DNA of 33,236 bases, taken from positions 1 to 33,236 of the forward strand of contig CAMTVO010000017.1 in NCBI GenBank assembly GCA_947085205.1, in the 5' to 3' direction. The notes under the pieces are model-generated. The model ran no database searches, was not told the origin of the DNA, and saw only the letters and a program-made list of their open reading frames with translations. Below, piece by piece: positions 27,857 through 33,236 of this stretch. A program made the position numbers and the translations under genes. The DNA comes from an uncultured Nitrospiraceae bacterium. Its GTDB lineage: Bacteria > Nitrospirota > Thermodesulfovibrionia > Thermodesulfovibrionales > Dissulfurispiraceae. Numbering within the stretch: the stretch's first letter is position 1; each line of letters opens with the position of its first letter.

Positions 27857-28897
27857 TTACGGAAACAATGCCAGTGACTCAAGGGCCGTAGTCTCTTTAA
27901 AGCCCATCATGATATTCATATTCTGCACAGCCTGTCCTGATGCGCCTTTGGCAAGGTTGTCGATTGCAGAAACTATAATCAATGTATTTGTACGCTTATT
28001 AACCTTAAGCCCAATATCGCAATAGTTGCTGCCGCGAATATTTTTTGCATTGGGGAAAACCTCTTCATCAAGAACATTCACAAAAGTCTCTGCATCGTAA
28101 AACTTTTTATAAACGGAGAGCATATCCGCAGTATCAATCTTTTTAAGCATCTTCCCATACATGGTCGAAATTATTCCTCTGTCCATAGGAACGAGATGAG
28201 GAGTAAAGTTTATGGTTATCTTCTTTCCTGCAATGCCTGATAATTCCTGCTCTATCTCAGGCGTATGGCGGTGAACACCGATTCCATAAGCCTTAAACCC
28301 TTCATTCACCTCGCAGTATGAAAATCCAATATCTGCCTTTCTGCCTGCGCCTGATGTGCCTGACTTTGAATCTATGATGATATTTTCAATATCAATTATT
28401 CCCTCTTTAATTGCAGGATACAAGCCCAAAATTGCGCTTGTAGGATAACAGCCTGGATTAGCAATAAGTCTTGCATTCTTAATCTCCTCGCGATGAAGTT
28501 CCGGGAGGCCGTAAACAGCTTTGTTCAATGTATCTTTATAATTATGCGGTGTCTTATACCATTCTTCATAAACAGCGGCGTCCGATATGCGGTAATCGGC
28601 AGAAAGGTCTATTACCTTTTTGCCATTCTTAAAGAAATAATCCACTGCCTCCTGAGATGCGGCATGCGGTAATGCCATAAAGAAAAGGTCTGCCTTCTGG
28701 AGTATTTTCTCTTTATCCAAAAGCTCATAGACTAAATGTGCATACTTGTGAAGATGAGGGAAAAGGTCTGTAACCTTCTTGCCTGCCGACTTCTCTGATG
28801 TGACCGCAGTTATCTCGACTTCAGGATGTCCTGAAAGGATACGCAGAAGCTCTGCACCTGTATAACCGCTTCCTCCGCAAATCGCTGCTTTTATCAT
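27857..28897 (-). CDS. argC: N-acetyl-gamma-glutamyl-phosphate reductase
   Basis: GGSGYTGAEL, IANPGCYPT, HRHTPEI and IDNLAKGASGQA. Confidence 0.97.
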   Translation of the reverse strand: MIKAAICGGSGYTGAELLRILSGHPEVEITAVTSEKSAGKKVTDLFPHLHKYAHLVYELLDKEKILQKADLFFMALPHAASQEAVDYFFKNGKKVIDLSADYRISDAAVYEEWYKTPHNYKDTLNKAVYGLPELHREEIKNARLIANPGCYPTSAILGLYPAIKEGIIDIENIIIDSKSGTSGAGRKADIGFSYCEVNEGFKAYGIGVHRHTPEIEQELSGIAGKKITINFTPHLVPMDRGIISTMYGKMLKKIDTADMLSVYKKFYDAETFVNVLDEEVFPNAKNIRGSNYCDIGLKVNKRTNTLIIVSAIDNLAKGASGQAVQNMNIMMGFKETTALESLALFP

Positions 28898-28935
28898 AGT
28901 TCCATACCTTTCGAAATTTATACAATTATACTGCT

Positions 28936-29099
28936 TATTATAGCAGGTATGTATGCGATAAAAGGCTTTATCTCGCCACCATTGTAAGACTTTTGGATAC
29001 TGACAAACAACCGCTTTTTAATGCAACATGAAAAGCATTTCTGTTTAAACCAAATTGCGAATTATAAAGACTTTTGCCGCATACATACCTGCTATAATA
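28936..29099. mobile_element. 164-bp MITE with 36-bp terminal inverted repeats
   Basis: TATTATAGCAGGTATGTATGCGATAAAAGGCTTTAT (28936-28971) matches the reverse complement of 29064-29099 at 33 of 36 positions; TA-rich ends; no ORF. Confidence 0.88.
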
Positions 29100-29131
29100 C
29101 ACGCTTGTCTCTTTTTGCCACCCTAAATACA

Positions 29132-29160
29132 AAGCCCGTTCAAGGAACGGGCTTATTTTA
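29132..29160. terminator. Intrinsic terminator after rpsI (possibly bidirectional)
   Basis: AAGCCCGTTC-AAG-GAACGGGCTT hairpin with T-rich tails on both strands. Confidence 0.8.
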
Positions 29161-29186
29161 TCACAACCATTAGTAAACCGTATCTG

Positions 29187-29579
29187 TTATCTCTTGGAGA
29201 ACTGGAACCTTGCCCTTGCGCCCTTCTGTCCGAATTTCTTTCTCTCCACTTCCCTCGGGTCTCTTGTGAGAAGCCCTTCTTTTTTAAGCTTTGACTTCAG
29301 GTCAGCGTCAACCGTAACCAAAGCCCTTGCAATACCATGCCTCAATGCGCCTGCCTGACCGCTCAATCCGCCGCCGTCGACATTTGCTACCACGTCATAC
29401 CTGCCAAGCACGCCTGTAACATGGAGAGGCTGCTTGATAATCATCCTAAGGGTTTCACGGGGGAAGTAATTCTCAAACTCCCTGTCATTTACGGTAATCT
29501 TGCCTTTGCCTGGAACCAAGGTAACCCTTGCTATTGATCTCTTTCTTCTGCCTGTTGAATTATACTGTATCAAAGCCAT
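29187..29579 (-). CDS. rpsI: 30S ribosomal protein S9
   Basis: [22 protein letters not shown] and QFSKR. Confidence 0.98.
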   Translation of the reverse strand: MALIQYNSTGRRKRSIARVTLVPGKGKITVNDREFENYFPRETLRMIIKQPLHVTGVLGRYDVVANVDGGGLSGQAGALRHGIARALVTVDADLKSKLKKEGLLTRDPREVERKKFGQKGARARFQFSKR

Positions 29580-29588
29580 TTCTACTCC

Positions 29589-30026
29589 TTATTTTGTAAG
29601 TTCTATCGACTCTGGTTTTTGTGCAGCGTGACCATGCTCGGCTCCGCGATACACTTTTAATTTCTTAATCATCTGCCTGCCAAGCCTATTCTTTGGAAGC
29701 ATTCCCCAGACTGCATCCATTATTACCTTTTCGGGCTCCTCGTCCATCCTGTCCTTAAGCGCCTTTTCCTTTATGCTTCCGATGTAGCCTGAATGGTGGT
29801 AATACATCTTATCAGTGAGCTTTTTTCCTGTAACCTTAACCTTCTCTGCGTTGACAACAATCACAAAATCTCCTGTATCCACATTTGGGGTAAATATAGG
29901 CTTATGCTTTCCGCGGAGGTACGATGCAATCCTGCACGCCATCCTTCCGAGCACCTTATCCTTTGCATCAACAACATACCATTTACGATCAATGTCTTCT
30001 TTTTTTGCAAACTTCGTCGTCTTCAT
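29589..30026 (-). CDS. rplM: 50S ribosomal protein L13
   Basis: [23 protein letters not shown] and [10 protein letters not shown]. Confidence 0.98.
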   Translation of the reverse strand: MKTTKFAKKEDIDRKWYVVDAKDKVLGRMACRIASYLRGKHKPIFTPNVDTGDFVIVVNAEKVKVTGKKLTDKMYYHHSGYIGSIKEKALKDRMDEEPEKVIMDAVWGMLPKNRLGRQMIKKLKVYRGAEHGHAAQKPESIELTK

Positions 30027-30073
30027 CTATACACCTTCCCAATGTTTTAAATATCGAATAGATTAAGTTAAAT

Positions 30074-30126
30074 AAGATAATAGAAATCACATGGATTTGT
30101 CAATATTCTCTCCTGCCTGATATAAT
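30074..30126. promoter_or_regulatory. Overlapping divergent promoters for rplM and thiD
   Basis: Minus strand: TTGACA (30103-30098), 18 nt, TATCTT. Plus strand: TTGTCA (30097), 18 nt, TATAAT with TGn extension (30118-30126), and ATG 7 nt later. Confidence 0.65.
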
Positions 30127-30133
30127 AATCTTC

Positions 30134-30890
30134 ATGAAAACAGCCCTTACCATAGCAGGCTCAGACCCAACAGGAGGGGCTGGGCTGCAGGCAGATATCA
30201 GGGTTTTCAACCGGTTCGGTGTTTACGGGCTTTCGGCAGTCTCTGCACTTACGGCCCAGAACACATATGAGGTCAATACAATTTTAAAGGTAGACGGAAA
30301 ATTTCTTGAAGAACAGCTTAATACACTGATTAGCGATATACGGCCTGATGCAATCAAAACAGGGATGCTTTTTTCAAAAGATGCTGTAAAAGCAGTAGCA
30401 AAAATTATTAAAGGGTACGAACTTGAGAATCTCGTTATCGACCCTGTTACAATATCATCCACAGGCACGAGTCTCATGGAAGAAGGCGGTCTCGATTTTC
30501 TGAGGGGAGAGATGTTTCCGCTTGCAAAGGTGATAATGCCCAATATTTATGAGGCATCCGTAATTTCCGGCGTAAATATCATCGATGAGAAGGATATGGA
30601 AAAAGCTGCGATTGTACTAAAAAAACTCGGGCCGGAAACAGTGATAATAACAGGCGGACATTTTGAACAAGAGACGCTGGACTTAATATATGATGGAAAA
30701 AGTTTCCATCGCATCAGAGGTAAAAAGATAAAAGGCGAATACCACGGGACAGGATGCGCCTTTTCTGCGGCTATTACTGCCTGTCTTGCCAAAGGCATAT
30801 CTGTCTTAGATGCTGCCAAAAAGGCAAAGGAATTTATGAATGATGCAATAACGAATGCTCACAGTATCGGCAAGGGCATGAGGTTATTGA

Positions 30891-30898
<8 letters not shown>
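30134..30898 (+). CDS. thiD: Hydroxymethylpyrimidine/phosphomethylpyrimidine kinase
   Basis: TIAGSDPTGGAGLQAD, IKTGML and HGTGC. Confidence 0.96.
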
Positions 30899-32985
<2,087 letters not shown>

Positions 32986-32989
32986 CAAA

Positions 32990-33119
32990 TAAATAGTTAA
33001 ATTAAACAAATAGTTTAATAGGAAGTAAAAAAGGAAAATTTCCTTAATTCTTAATTATATCAAAAACTGTCGCTCTGTAGCACTGTAACTCTGTCGCTCT
33101 GCCGCTCTGTCGCGCTATT
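32990..33119 (-). repeat. Second, inverted copy of the octamer element, directly after the cas1 stop
   Basis: CTGTCGCT CTGTAGCA CTGTAACT CTGTCGCT CTGCCGCT CTGTCGCG (33067-33114); its ends and spacer motif match 7182-7260. Confidence 0.85.
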
Positions 33120-33236
33120 TTACCACCACGCCTTAAACGGGACATAAAGCTCATCCCCTATCAGGTGCTTTATGAGTTTGTAACACTCAAGCCTGACAAG
33201 CGTCCGGTATGAGACATTCCTTTTCAGTTTCCGGTG
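33120..33236 (-). CDS. cas1: CRISPR-associated Cas1, type I-B-like (3' end only)
   Basis: Hand translation [38 protein letters not shown], which resembles the type I-B (Hmari/Tneap) Cas1 C-terminus; only 38 aa visible. Confidence 0.8.
   Translation of the reverse strand, partial: HRKLKRNVSYRTLVRLECYKLIKHLIGDELYVPFKAWW

Noticed and set aside
33067..33114. Octamer array next to cas1 as a CRISPR array
   Set aside because: Contiguous 8-nt units with no unique spacers, and a homologous copy lies beside tRNA-Leu

Overview
A gene-dense bacterial core-genome segment. Gene content and style suggest an anaerobe of the Nitrospirota/Thermodesulfovibrionia type; this is inference only. In order it carries: a TetR-controlled RND efflux operon (tetR-tolC-MFP-acrB', minus strand), tupABC, tRNA-Leu(TAA), galU, hsp20-lon-thiL-DUF2062, a collapsed parD/parE-like toxin-antitoxin remnant, a yajD-like HNH gene, rimO, a GAF kinase with a receiver-TPR partner, uppP-ftsK-lolA, vapBC, pdxA, a fic fragment, an old-yellow-enzyme gene, tyrS, a nitronate monooxygenase-family gene, argCJ, rplM-rpsI, thiD-radA, a lipoprotein, and the 3' end of a type I-B-like cas1. 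The most striking signal is a layer of small repeat elements over these housekeeping genes. About 14 short-period (7-nt or 8-nt) tandem arrays with several different unit sequences are present, several as head-to-head inverted pairs. Most sit in frame in protein linkers, termini and signal peptides, and they tend to be mutated at the units that would otherwise create a stop codon. There are also two GC-rich palindromes inserted in frame (tupA, thiL), a 122-bp MITE-like element in frame at the start of lolA, and a 164-bp MITE with 36-bp terminal inverted repeats carrying outward extended -10 promoters upstream of argCJ. No autonomous transposase or mobiliser is visible in the window.
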